From assembly GCA_951406725.2 (NCBI GenBank), contig OX597828.1, positions 57,226,001 to 57,290,000 of the forward strand: DNA of 64,000 bases, given 5' to 3'. Position 1 is the first letter of the stretch. Every line of letters starts with the position of its first letter. The position numbers were made by a program, and so were the translations under genes. The notes beneath the pieces are model-generated. The model saw nothing but the letters and a program-made list of their open reading frames with translations, searched no databases and had not been told where the DNA came from. Source of the DNA: Octopus vulgaris (taxonomy: Eukaryota). Shown here one piece after another: positions 28,270 to 41,680 of the stretch.

Positions 28270-30290
28270 ATCACAGGCTTTGCTGGAGCTCCTGGAGTCT
28301 TGCATTCGTAGCGGGCTTACTACCTGCATCCTACGATACCATGCTATCCTTTCTGTTCAGCTATCTAATGCTATCTTATACTTCTCTGATTATTCTATCT
28401 GTGCCAAGGAAGCAAAACTTCTGTAACCGTTCTACTGAGCACTCTATTCCAATTTCTTTTATATTCCTTTTGTTGTCTTCTAATACTGTTCCCAAGGAAC
28501 CAACAGTAATTGGCACTATCTTCACATTCTTCGTCTTCCATAACCAGGCTATTTCGTACTTAGGAGGGTTGTATCTATCTGTCTTTTTGCCTTACTACTT
28601 GACTACTCGTGGGTCAAAGGGACATGAAATGTCAACTATATGGCATATGTTAGGCACCATCTCCACCACCACTATATCCGGTCTGTTATGGTTGAGTACC
28701 TGATCTGTTTGGATCGGGAAATTCCAGAGGATTTTGCTAGTCTCCGATTCTTCCACTCTCTACGGTCTGCCCTCATACTGCGTCTTGCCTCTCTCTAGAC
28801 CCCACTATTCGCATTGTCTTCAACGTAGAACTTCCGCTACATGGTCGTGTCGTGACAACTTGTAGTGGTTTATGGTAAGTATAGGGCATTCGTTTGTGAT
28901 ATGACTAATGGTTTCATCCACTCTATTCTAGATGCGGCACATCAGAGACACTTGCTCATTCCTTAGGTTGACCCTCCAGTTCCTAGCCAGAGGTTGGTCT
29001 TGCACTGGCAGTATATTGTTCTGAGGCTTTGTTAGAGCTTCTTTTGTCAGCCAATCCCACCTATTTTTTCCAGCAAATTCTCTTGCGGCTACATGGAAGT
29101 GAATGGTTAGACCCTTCTCGCGTAATTCTTCTTCATGTTCTTTTTGTACCTCTTCTTTTGTTTTCCTATTTTCTCTGCTCTCAATACTCTCAAGTAAAGT
29201 TTCCTTACTTTTCGATACGCACACAGCCTTCCGCACCTATCAGACCCCTTCCTCCATTTGCTTTCTTCATGTATAGGTAACCAGTGCCTCCTCGTGGACG
29301 ATTGGATCTATGCATCGATAGGAGCTTTCTTAACTTCCGTCCATCTCCTTTAGCTCCTCCTCTGACAATTTCAGGATTCCATCGCCACATCGAATTACTC
29401 TCTCTGCTCTTGAATTATGTTTCTAGTATTCAGCTTTGAAGCCTCGATTTTTCTTATTCGTCGCAGGTAATCTCTTTTTGTCTTTTCTTTCATGTCGAGG
29501 TGTTTGATTCCATCTGCCTCAACAATTCCCAGATTTTTTATAACCGGATTGAAGTTCAATTGCCTTCATTATTTCACCACTCGGCAACCAAATGCTTTCT
29601 GCTCTGGCAAGCTTTCCTCCCATCATCACTATCATAGCACATTTTGAGATTCCAAACTCCATCTTATTATCATTGGAGAAAATCTGCACAGACTGGACTA
29701 GACTATCGAGTTCTGTATCAGTTTTTCTGAATAGTTTCATGTCGTCTGTGTATAGCAAGTGGTTTAGTTTTCCATTACCACTTTTCAGATCATACCCCAA
29801 CTTTACTTTCTGTAGTATTTCATTCAAGGGGATTATTCCCAGCACGGATATCAGTGAGGACACAATGTCCCCTTGGAAGATTACTCTCTTGATTTTCACC
29901 GCCTTTATTTCAGCCCCTTTTTTCCATGCACTTCTCAACATTTTTACTCACTGTACCTATGGCTCCAACTTTTGCAGCGACCACAACTGCTCAACCTCCC
30001 AAGCTAACCTGTTATATTTCTCGACTTTTCTTGCTTTATCTTGCTATATCTTTTCATGCAATATCTATGATACAACATCGTTTACTTTATTTCACATTCT
30101 CCCTATTCTCTATATCCCGGTCGCACTGGATCATAAAATCCTATACAATCTTTGCATTAACATTTTCGATGATGCATTCGGGTTTATGTTCGTACCAGTT
30201 TTTTCCTCTGTCAAGTCCATATTTGTTGCAAAGTGCCCATTGGACAATCCTTGCTACATTGTCATGACGTCTCTTATATTCTTTCTGGGC
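28270..30290 (-). mobile_element. Degenerate R4/Dong-like RLE non-LTR retrotransposon
   Basis: IFQGDIVSSL...LNHLLYTDDMKLF, FGISKCA, LYMKKANGGRGL, CCHC remnant and RPDIVV endonuclease motif. Ends next to a (TTA)n/(TTC)n tract. Confidence 0.85.
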
Positions 30291-30329
30291 TAGTTGCGTA
30301 CCTTGACTGGAAATATGCCATACGATTTC

Positions 30330-31240
30330 ACCATTTTGTCCACAAAGTCTGCATTAATCACCTTTTGATGTGTTGTCTATTCTGTATTTGATGTAATTCC
30401 TTCTTAGCGCTTGCTCTTGGGCAGCACAAATTAGAGCATCCGTTTCCGGATTTAAATCACTTTTTGTCATGCAAAGATATATTTTTTGTTTGTGTGTCTT
30501 AACTTCAACATCCCTATTAAATTGACCATGCATTCTTCTCTATATCCATTTACTTACAATTTCATTCATTCTCCAACGCTTGTACATTGCTTCATATTTG
30601 CAATCTTCCATCTTGCACAAGCCTGAATTTCTTACTTCGAATAATGGGGGTTCTGTGACATTTTTTACATACCATGCTATGTTGTTTTTTTCTGCTCTAA
30701 TGCGGTGTTCGCCTCCAATTAGTCCTCTTCTCGTTCGTGTTTTTTTTCTTGGTACATACCGTCTGTCTCTGTCACTTTCTGGGTGGAGTATCCCATATCT
30801 AGTCAGCAACGTTCTTGTCTTTCTGTCTAAGCTGTTTAGTTCGTCTACTCTCCATGCTATTAATACTGCTCCATATCTAAGGAATGAAATCGCCCAGGAG
30901 TTGAGAGCTTCAATATTATATCATCCGTTTAATTTCGACTTAAGGATCATCCTCAGTCTGTGCAAGTACTCCAGCATATATTTTTCTGTCATTTCTTTCT
31001 CCATCAATCTATCAATTTCAAGTATCCCCAAGTACTTATAGTCCGTCCGTCTATTCTAACAGCTTCATAACACACCCCGACGGTATCGCTAGCCCGTCCA
31101 TACATTTGATTTTGCCTTTCTTCAAGACTAACACACCACACTTTTTCAGTCTGAACTCCATTCTGATACCAGCGCTGAATGTACACACCGTATCAACGAG
31201 GGAACTGGTTTTGGATTCTTATTTGTCATAAAGTTTGAGG
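30330..31240 (-). mobile_element. R4/Dong-like retrotransposon fragment
   Basis: YKYLGILE, RYGILHPESDRDRRYVPRKK..RRGLIG and ALICAAQEQAL-type motifs. Confidence 0.8.
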
Positions 31241-31599
31241 TCTGGTAATTGCGCAACCTGAAAATCGCTACATCACATGAATGACGATAAAGAAACAAAA
31301 TTTATGAATAACGGCTGTAATGATACTGAATCCCTTGATGGTGAGTGTTGCATTCGGCAGGCTCAGAGATACTTGTCCGATTCATCTCTGTCTGTTTGAA
31401 CATTGTGTTTGGAAAAATATCTCATATATAAATGTGTGTGTGAGTGTGAATGTGTATGTATGAATGTGTGTGTGTATGTATGTAGCTACCATTGGTTTCA
31501 TGTAAACATATCTTAAATATTATGAAGCCTATCATGTGCAAAATCAGTGTTTGTCAATTCCCTAAATATTAGCATAACCTTAGTGCAGGCAATTTTAAG

Positions 31600-31970
31600 C
31601 CCTACCAAAAGCGAAGTGAGGAGACCTTATACATGAACGAAGACTCCAACCAACCAACGTCAATAATTAAGCAATTAGCTAGAAACATAAGTATGCGTAT
31701 TTCCAATCTGTCCTTCGATAAAGACTCTTTTGAAAAGGTTGCCCTATAAAATGTCAGATTAGAAGTATGAACTATATTGAACCATATGTTGAAACACCCT
31801 GATGGCATGAATGTAACCATTAATATAGCTAAGAAATTCTTAAAATTAATAGACAATCACTTTCGACAACACAATTACCGTTATATCTTCAAAATAATAC
31901 TGATAAATTTAGCTATATTTGATTCCCGAATACAGGGTCGATTGTACTCAGCCATAGCAAAAATAATTTA
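31600..31970 (+). mobile_element. Penelope-like element fragment
   Basis: IIKQLARNISMRISNLS and NVTINIAKKFLKLIDNHF motifs resembling the PLE post-RT region. Confidence 0.6.
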
Positions 31971-32167
31971 TTATTTTGCACATTACTTAATCATCGTTAT
32001 ATTTTTTATCGTATATTTAATATTTCTATTATATCTAATTTGTAGATGGTGTAATTTGATTTTTCATTTTGAATTGATAAAACGTATTTTTTAAATAATT
32101 TATATATATATATATATAATATATGTGTTTATACATATATGCGTATATACATGTATATGTATGTATG

Positions 32168-32237
<70 letters not shown>

Positions 32238-33109
32238 TACGTATACATGTGCGTGTGTGTGTATGTATGTAACCATAATCGTGTTACCACCGTACCGCAA
32301 TAGTCTTATTGGAGTCGGAAGCATAAAATATCACAATATGATTTAACTCTGATGAGGTCACTTAAAGATAATACCAAATTTGTATTAAACAGATTTGGTA
32401 TGTTCATTTATTATATATGCCATTTCATTTTGGTTAAGCCTCATCGTTTTCCAAAACTCTTTTGCTTTTCCCACCAAAGGGACTCGAGGACATATAATTC
32501 AAGTTGGCAGGAATTGAACTCACCAGTGCACATACACTAATGCTCAGATCTATCTGGCATGCTCACGTATAAGGCCATGTACACAACTTTCATACAAACA
32601 AAAATGGCAGACTTAAGAAATCTGTGTGTAAAATAATATCGACATTTATTAAGTGAAAACGTTAGAATTATGAATAAGAAATTAGGATTCTCAAAAATTT
32701 GCTCATCGTAAAAACCTGGAAAAAATGAAGTTTCATCATGTGTTCCAATATAATAAGAATATATGCAAGCATACTTAGATGCCGAAAATATGAATTACAC
32801 AGTACATCGCAATCATTAAAATCCTTGCTATGATATAATTTAAAGAAAAAGTTTTTTTTTCCAAATGTAAATATTATTACGTACATATATTCATGAATAT
32901 ATGTATAAGTATACACATACACTCATAATTACACATCCACATATATATAGATACAATAATATTCAGCAAGAATGTTTTTTATTCAATCAAATCGGTTTCC
33001 ACAATAATTTTGCAGTTACAATAATAGTGCCAACATTTGGAATACTAGCTTACACACTTCAAATGATGCAGAAATTTTACATCGATATACAAAAATACTA
33101 ACACTTACT

Positions 33110-34860
33110 GGTAACATCCTTATCAACTGCAACATTGGCAGTACAATATCATGGAGAGAGGATGGGGGTCGAGAGAAATATAGGGTCTGCCCAGACGGCA
33201 TTTGAATGGCACAGTATTGATTCGGCATCAAATACTGGGCAGTGAAAAAGAGATATGTCTACATCACATGCGTAACAACCGTGAAAAAAAAACGTTATGG
33301 AATTAGGTGAAGAAATCCTGAATAAATACTCCAAGAGTACAGCTCATTCATGAGAGGCATCTATTGCTGGCTTCATCTATCTAAACAAAAATATAATTAA
33401 AACACCCAACACGCAAACAGGAAATTATACTTGGATATATGTCGGCCACAAAGCGAATACTAACCAAGATATTCACAAGAATAGTAGCTTTTACTGGACT
33501 TGTGATACACAAACTTTGTCTCACCTAGATGCATACATCTTTGGTATCAAGAAACACGAGAAAAAATATTGAATATCTCATCAACAAAAGAGATAAAGAT
33601 TCCTCTCAAAAGAGGAGAGATAAATTACTGATAGTGGCATTTCACTGCGGTAGGTATCACCGGATGTCAACAACTCACCAACATGTCTACAATGTGCTAC
33701 GTCACCATGAGGAAAGAAATACTCGTTAAAACTGAATCCCACATGATTCGCCGGCTCGAATTCTGGTGGGACAGTATGTGCATGATACATACATACATAC
33801 ATACATACATACATACATACATACATACATACATACATACATACATACATACATACATACATGCATGCATAAATACACTTATAATTTCTACATCATCAGT
33901 GTCGTATACGGTCTGTAACTGAGGCGTAAACCAAGCTGTTCAATGTTGTATCATATCCCTTCGGCAACATCTTATTACCACCAAGTGTTGAAGTGTGTCC
34001 TAGCAAGTCTGGAAGTTCATCCCTGCACCAAGGATAACTTCATTAGGCTTGGAAAGCAGCTGCTTGAGCAGCATTCCTTCTCTGATAGCTTAGAGAAGTT
34101 GCACGAGTCTATCGGAACATATCATCAGGTAAAATTATGAGCATATATGAGCAGAGGACCATGCATGGTTATGTTAGTAGAAAACTAAGAGATGATAATA
34201 TCGTTGATCAACAAAGCAGTTTATCATGGTCCAACAATTGGGCTATTACCTCCCACTTTGAAGAGTATGCGTTTGCAATCCAGGTACTAGAAATATCAAC
34301 CAAATACCCGATGCACAATAGGGACTGAGATGCAGGAAAAGTAGTAAAATTTTACAACCTATGCAAACGTTGGTCCAAAAATGTCATCACGGTATTATGT
34401 ACCTATGAGACACGTGCTGTAACTAGGAATCTGTATAACGAGACCCATCGAAAGGATAACGCAGAGAACAAAGAAATAAGAACCCACTGTATGGTGGAAG
34501 CCATATCCACTCAACACAAGGGAGTACAGGTGGAATGCCCCAGTGAAAACCGTAATAACGTGTAAAAACAATATACCTGATATAACGATTTAGGATAGAG
34601 AAGACTAACTGCGTACAGTTGTGGAAATGCGCTGCCCAGCGCATGTTAACATCAGTGAAAAAGAGAATACTTACGTTGAACTATTAATAAATCTACAGAT
34701 ACTCTAACCAGGCTTATACTGTGGCACTGGATATTTAATACACTGCCTAATTATTCAATCTTGAGAAATTAGCATTCTCAAAACCAGAAAGTAGAAAGCG
34801 GATTCGAATACTACTAATCCAATCCATCACTGAAGCTAAAAATCTGTAAAACTTTCCAGT
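33110..34860 (+). mobile_element. Two decayed R4/Dong-like fragments separated by (CATA)n
   Basis: GGRE..SAQTAFE, SHLDAYIFGI, TMHGYVSRKL..SLSW...ITSHFEEYAFAIQVLEISTKY and PDI-like motifs. Confidence 0.6.
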
Positions 34861-35902
34861 TTATCATTTATGTATATAGAGCATTCTATATATACTCTTT
34901 ACTCTTTTACTCTTTTACTTGTTTCAGTCATTTGACTGAGGCCATGCTGGAGCACCGCCTTTAGTCGAGAAAATCGACCCCAGTACTTATTCTTTGTAAG
35001 CCTAGTACTTATTCTATCGGTTTCTTTTGCCGAACCTCTAAGTTACGGAGGGCATAGCGGTTACGGAGGACATAAACACACCAGCATCGGTTGTCAAGCA
35101 ATGCTAGGGGGACAAACACAGACACACACACATACATATATATACATATATACGAAGGGCTTCTTTCAGTTTCCGTCTACCAAATCCACTCACAAGACTT
35201 TGGTCAGCCCGAGGCTATAGTAGAAGTGACTTGCCCAAGATGCCACGCAGTGAGACTGAACCCGGAACCATGTGGTTGGTAAGCAAGCTAGTTACCACAC
35301 AACCACTCCTGCGCAAATATATGTATGAGAAGTCATACATAAAACAAAACATACAAATCTTCACCTATACATATATGCATACAAAAATACCCAGTTGTCG
35401 ATGTTGAAATTCCAATGAAGGAGCCTTGGATCTTGGTTAGAAAACGGCTCTTTCTCTATTGGCAAGAAATCTTGAAATGAAACTAAATATTGACAAACAT
35501 ATGTATGTGTCCGTGAGTTGCCTAGTTCTTGTCATAATCTTACTGCAACTGGCATGGCCTAGCAAAACTCATGACTCTTGTAGTATCATCGTATCTTACT
35601 GTACTCTGGAAACTATTTTCAACATCGCCGTCATTACCAACAATAATTACTGTTATCTTCCGTAAACAAACTTTACATATGTACATGTACACGTACAAAT
35701 TTCCACTGTGTGGTAAGACGATTACTTCCTCACCGCGTCGTTGAGATCCACCGCGTAGCAGCGTGGGTATCTTCTGCTATTGCGCTTCTCAGCCGTATGA
35801 GAAGATTTAGTAGGCGGAAACTGAAAGAAGACCGTTGCATATATATGTGTGTGTATGCGTGTGCGTGTGTGTTTGTTTGTCTCTTTGCCTCTCATACACA
35901 CA

Positions 35903-35944
<42 letters not shown>

Positions 35945-36354
35945 TATGTGATATACGAATATGTATATATAAATGTTTGTATGTGTATATGTATATATGT
36001 ATGTATGTATCAATGTATGTATGCATGTATGCCTACAGTTGTCTTTTTTCTTCAGACGATGAGACTGCTTTTACATGTCATATGTCGATTTCGGAAAGTA
36101 TATTGTTTTAACTTATTAGATTATTTTAAGATTTTGAACAATCACCAAATTGGTATTCTTGTTTATATGGTCATATTCACATATCTGTAAATAATTTGTA
36201 GTGTCTTAGCGCCAGTGGAATGGTAGAAGCAGTACAATACTTAATAAACAACACACCATATATATATTGCTGATTTTTTTTTCATATAAACCCATACATG
36301 ATATTAATATGTATATCATGCTGTATTCTGACACACCTTCGTTATTCCTTTCTT

Positions 36355-37557
36355 TTAGTCTTGTTGAGTAAACAGTAGACATGTAAATATTAATGAAACT
36401 ATTACCGATATCACGATACTAATTCTTAGAAATATATCATCCCATCGATTGTAGTCGGATATGCCAAGCCATTTTTTTCTTGGCCTTTCTTCTGGATTCA
36501 AAGTATTCGATTGTGCCGAGGCAATTATTGAAACATCGGCAATTTGGTTAGCATGGGGTTTCTTTCTATTTTCATTCGGTGAATTTGATTTCACTTCATC
36601 AGAAGTTTGAATTACATACAATTTGCTTATAATTACCGAACCAATTGCAGTGAATCCACTCATCATCGATAATAGCATTAAATATAACATAAGAAGGCAA
36701 GGATATTTTGAATTTTTTGGTGTTGTCTTCTCCATCTGAACAAGATACAACACGTTTGATAAAAATGTTGTCATCGCTAGAAAAACTTTCTTTCCAGATT
36801 CAGGAGGTAGAAGGAAAACGAAAATAGTTAAAACGGTCATTATTACAGACGGAATCAGCATAGCTATGACTTCTATGGTAAGTTTACGTCGTAGATACAT
36901 CGGTGCAAATGCGTAGCTAAATTCATCGTTCGAGACATTTACCGTACCATGAAGCGTGATATCCCACTCATAGTTTTCTAGCCAATTTAGATCATAGTAA
37001 TGGAGAGATTTTATTCTCGTGTGCTGCGTGCTATGCAAAGCAACACACATGTAAATTTCGCACATATGCTTATCAAATGGGTAAGTATATGCGTTGACTT
37101 GACAATATGTATTAAGTAATTTAAAAGAATACATAACCACATGTCCATTACTAAAAATCCATATTTCAAGGAAGTCATCTGTTTCTTCTGAGTTACCCAT
37201 TGAATTGCATAATACAATAGGTGGTTTCCAAACATTTTCTTTTCCTAGATGAATATTTGTAATGTTATTATAATCCGAGGGGTCCCACTGTAAATTTTCA
37301 TCAGTCCATTGTAGTCCAATGTAGTACTGAGCCGTCAGTAAGTTATTCACTAAGTCCAAATCATTGAATGTGTGAAGCATTATGGTAGCATATATATCGA
37401 CCGGTGTTGCCAAATCAATAACCGGTCTTATATATTTGTTATAATTGGATAGTAATTTGATGTGTAGTAGTCTTTCATCATTATCCGTAGGGTTAGAATT
37501 TGCTATCAATATATTTGGAGTCAGTACCAACATACGATATAGTATTAACAAAAACAT
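36355..37557 (-). CDS. Chemotactile receptor paralog (atypical nAChR-like), intronless, 400 aa, with variant pore (GKKVF)
   Basis: Signal peptide, LLSNYNKYIRPV, Cys-loop CQVNAYTYPFDKHMC, four TM helices, no vicinal cysteines. Clearly paralogous to the 8800 and 40448 ORFs. Confidence 0.92.
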   Translation of the reverse strand: MFLLILYRMLVLTPNILIANSNPTDNDERLLHIKLLSNYNKYIRPVIDLATPVDIYATIMLHTFNDLDLVNNLLTAQYYIGLQWTDENLQWDPSDYNNITNIHLGKENVWKPPIVLCNSMGNSEETDDFLEIWIFSNGHVVMYSFKLLNTYCQVNAYTYPFDKHMCEIYMCVALHSTQHTRIKSLHYYDLNWLENYEWDITLHGTVNVSNDEFSYAFAPMYLRRKLTIEVIAMLIPSVIMTVLTIFVFLLPPESGKKVFLAMTTFLSNVLYLVQMEKTTPKNSKYPCLLMLYLMLLSMMSGFTAIGSVIISKLYVIQTSDEVKSNSPNENRKKPHANQIADVSIIASAQSNTLNPEERPRKKWLGISDYNRWDDIFLRISIVISVIVSLIFTCLLFTQQD

Positions 37558-38816
37558 TTAGACTCTTTTTTATATTCAAATCTGTCTGGTTTAGTGTTTA
37601 TGCTTAAGTTTTCGTCATGAATATAAATTTGTTAAAGTATGTATATAAATCGTTACACTTCTTTGTCTGAGATGAATGATATTTCCGATGTTTTTGGATA
37701 CTGAATAGGTTACCAAAATATATTATAACATAAATTCTAGTCTATTACAATAGAAAACAAAAGAAATGGAATTTTTCCTGCTGAATACAATTTCATATTT
37801 TTCTAAAATGTTGCTTTATTTTATTGTAATATATAAAACATATTTTTCATGATGTGCGTATTTTAAATTCTTTATCTGAAGAGAATTTGCCAACTGTGCT
37901 ATCGTAAAAGGTCGCACATTTCTTCAGCTTATAAATTCCATGAATCTAGTTGGTATTTTTCAAGTCTGTTAACATATTTTTAATCACAAGTAGATCTTTC
38001 CAGTTATTTTATAATTATTATATTTCAGGATATTTTCGCTTATTCCAGCGCCGACATCTGGATGAACGTAGACCCTTTGTGGAAATTTTGAAATGAATTT
38101 CTCCAAATATATACGTGACTGTGACATAACATGATAAATTCGCCACCTGGAAGAGATCTGTGAATCATAAGATGAAGGCGTAAAAAATGACAATGTTTGA
38201 AATAAAGCATACGCTACAAGACGAAGGCACCTTACTCTAGACAAGGAGTTAAAATACATAGGAAAACAAGTGAAAAAGTGATGAAGTCAGAATAAAACAA
38301 AGTATCGTTGCAACATATATTGCATACATTCATGTACACGTGAGGTTTTGGCTCATAACCCAAATTATAATCGCTTGAACTTCAGAAACCATAAACAATG
38401 CTTATCACAGTTAATAAATTCCAATTAATAGATTAATTTCGTAATTATTTCCGTCGTTATCGTCATCACCAGCAGCAGCATCATGGTAATAACATGTGGC
38501 TTATCTTCCTAAATTTATTGATGTAACCAAAGACTTTTTTTTAGATATTTTATTCACTCATTTAATATAATTTTATTAAACAAAACACAAACGGTCTTAT
38601 AGGAACAATCTCAACAGCTAATTGTGTTATCGTGTCAAAAGAAAAGCAAGCAGTCACGAAATTTTATGAAACAGTAATTAATATGTTGTAAAGTTTGTTG
38701 CTAAATCTATTAAATAAATTCACGCAAAATTAGTTCCTTGACTGCGACAGTATGACTGAGTCCACTTTAAAGTAACTGAATGCATGTGCGTGTGTATGTA
38801 AGCATGCTGTATATGC

Positions 38817-38888
<72 letters not shown>

Positions 38889-39281
38889 TTGTGTATGTGT
38901 GTGCGTGTGTGCGCGTGTGTGTGTGTGTGTGTGTGTATGTGAGTTAGAGGTTCAGCAACAATCTAAGAGATAATACATATCTAATATATGTCCATAGTAG
39001 AAAAAGCTGTTAGAGTTTAGTATTTATTCTTATTCATTTATTTGTTTTTATTTATCTTTTCATCTACTTTTTTATTTACTTATTTCATTTCCTTAGTTTG
39101 CTCACTTATGCATATGATTGTAATCAATTAATTATCAGATATAAATGAATGTTTAGAGACTGATGTTTCTCCATTGATCATCCTCTACATTTTCTTATTT
39201 CCAATATATATATATAAGAAAATGAAATTTGATATTAACATATATACTTACGTATCTATATATCTATATATTCTTATATAA

Positions 39282-39360
<79 letters not shown>

Positions 39361-39973
39361 CATATATATATCTATATAGGCGCAGGAATGGCCTGGTGGT
39401 AAGTAGCTTACTTCCCAAACACATATTTTCGGGTTCAGTCTCATTGCGTGGGACCTTGGCCAAGTGTCTTCTACTATAGTATTGTGAGTGGATTTGGTAA
39501 ACGGAAACTGAAAAAAGCACGCCATATATATGTGTGTAAGTGTGTGTGTGTGTGTGCGTGCGACGTGTGTGTGTTTGTATATATGTTTGCGTGTCTATTT
39601 GTCGGCCTCCGTAACTTGACAACCGATGCTGGTGTGTTTACATTCCTGTAAATTAACAGTTCGGCAACAGAAACCGATAGAATAAGTAGTAGGCTTATAC
39701 CAATAAGCCCTCGGGTTGATTTGTTCGACTAAAGGCGAAGCTCCAACATGGCCGCTGTCAAATGACTGTAACAAATGAAAGAATTAAAAAAGACAGTCTA
39801 CAATTGTTGAGTATATAAACAGGTTGGCAAGTTGCTTCTCTGGGATTGCTCGAATTTATGTAGACACCTGTGATGAGAATCGATTACGGTAGTTCGATAT
39901 TTTTCAATCAGCGGAGAAATAGCTAAAATACCCCTGTTTATATATCTATACTCACGCATACACGCACATACAT

Positions 39974-40020
<47 letters not shown>

Positions 40021-40042
40021 CATATACATGTGTGTATATATG

Positions 40043-40093
<51 letters not shown>

Positions 40094-40188
40094 GTGTGTG
40101 TGTGTATGTATAATAATAATATGAGGGAATATTATTCCAAACTTACAGGGAAAAATTCACTTTAGAAATACTAAATCAAATTTCACAA

Positions 40189-40226
<38 letters not shown>

Positions 40227-40447
40227 TAGAAAAAGTATATGTATATATGGTTTCAGGTGAACTTTCGTTTTTATTTTTTCACATATATCTTCCAATGAAC
40301 GTATATCAATGCTAAAGTAGAAGAGAAAAAATACAAGTAATAAATAATGTTTGATCTTCCACGTCGCAAATTTCTCTTCCTTTCTGCGAAGCGCATTCAA
40401 ATTCACAGCGATTTTCGCAAAATGTCTGTAATTTCACATTCAGATTT

Positions 40448-41680
40448 TTATTCCCGTGGAATAAACAACAAACATGTAAATATTATTGAGGTTATGACAG
40501 ATGTAACAATGCTTAGTTTTAGAAATACGTCATCGAGCCGTACGTAGTCGGATATGCAAAATATTCGTTTCCAATGGGGCTTCTCTCTGCTCAGTGAATC
40601 TGATTGTGCCTCGGAAATTGTTGAAATATCTGCAACTTTGTTAGTATGAGATTTATTCAAATTTTGATCTGACGTGTTCGATTTTCTGAAGGAAGATGAC
40701 TGATCTACGTACAACTTACTTATAACCACAGAACCAAGTGTAGCGATTCCGCTTAACATTGACAATAGCATTAAATATAACATTAGCAGTGAAGGATATT
40801 TTGTATTGGTCGGAGTAGTTTTATCGATCTGGACAAGGTACAAGACGTTCGATAAAAATATTGTAGTCGCTAGTGAAACTTTTTCCCCTGATTCAGGAGG
40901 CAGAAGGAAAACGAAAATAGTTAAAATAGTCATCATTACTGTTGGAATAAGCATAGCAATAATTCCTACAGTAAGTTTTCGTCGTAAGTACATCGGTGCA
41001 AAAGCGTAACTGAACATTTCGTCCATACCATTCACTTTACCAGTGAAATTGATAGCCCACTTATAGTTTGGTGTAAACTTTGAATCTCCGTATATGAGTT
41101 CCTTTATTCTGGTGTGGTTAATAGTATGCAAAGCGACACACATGTAAATTTCGCACGTATGTTCATCAAATGGATAGGTGTAAGCGTTGACTTGACAATA
41201 AGTGTGCAGTAATCTGAATGACCAAAAGTTAGCCCAACCCCCATAAGTAATCATTATTTCACCTACACCATCGTTTTCTTCCGATTTGTCCATTGAATTG
41301 CACATTTTAATAGGTGGCGTCCATATATTATCTTTGGGTAGATATATACTCGTAATGTTGTTATAGTCCGACGGGTTCCAAGTCAACTTTTCATCGTTCC
41401 ACATTAATCCAAAATAATAGCGTGCCCTTACAATGTTATTTACAAAGTCCAAATCATAAAGCGTTTGAAGGTACAGTAAAGCAGTTATATCCACTGCATT
41501 GGTCAAATTAATAACTGGTCTTATACTTTTACTATAATTAGCTAACAAATTGTCTCGTAATAGCCTTTCATCGCCATACGTAGGGCTAGAATTTACTATC
41601 GGTACACTCGAAATCAGAATAAAAACAAGATATATCACAAATATCATTGTGTAGTTTACTTCTAAAAAGTGAAATTTCAT
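40448..41680 (-). CDS. CRT1: Chemotactile receptor, CRT1-like, intronless; probable true start is the second ATG at 41647
   Basis: PTYGDERLL...NYSKSIRPVINLT, CNSMDKSEENDGVGE, Cys-loop CQVNAYTYPFDEHTC, LPPESGEKVSLATTIFLSNVLYLVQIDKTTPTNTKYP. Closely matches my recollection of O. bimaculoides CRT1; the symbol needs confirming by alignment. Confidence 0.9.
   Translation of the reverse strand: MKFHFLEVNYTMIFVIYLVFILISSVPIVNSSPTYGDERLLRDNLLANYSKSIRPVINLTNAVDITALLYLQTLYDLDFVNNIVRARYYFGLMWNDEKLTWNPSDYNNITSIYLPKDNIWTPPIKMCNSMDKSEENDGVGEIMITYGGWANFWSFRLLHTYCQVNAYTYPFDEHTCEIYMCVALHTINHTRIKELIYGDSKFTPNYKWAINFTGKVNGMDEMFSYAFAPMYLRRKLTVGIIAMLIPTVMMTILTIFVFLLPPESGEKVSLATTIFLSNVLYLVQIDKTTPTNTKYPSLLMLYLMLLSMLSGIATLGSVVISKLYVDQSSSFRKSNTSDQNLNKSHTNKVADISTISEAQSDSLSREKPHWKRIFCISDYVRLDDVFLKLSIVTSVITSIIFTCLLFIPRE

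Noticed and set aside
32343-32390. CTGATGA GGT...ACC AAA as a possible hammerhead
   Set aside because: G12 is missing and stems are weak; at best a decayed copy.
37984-38259. 91-aa ORF upstream of the 36355 CR with faint resemblance to a GPCR TM7/C-tail (FNSL...RWR)
   Set aside because: Too weak, and not collinear with the putative aGPCR fossil.
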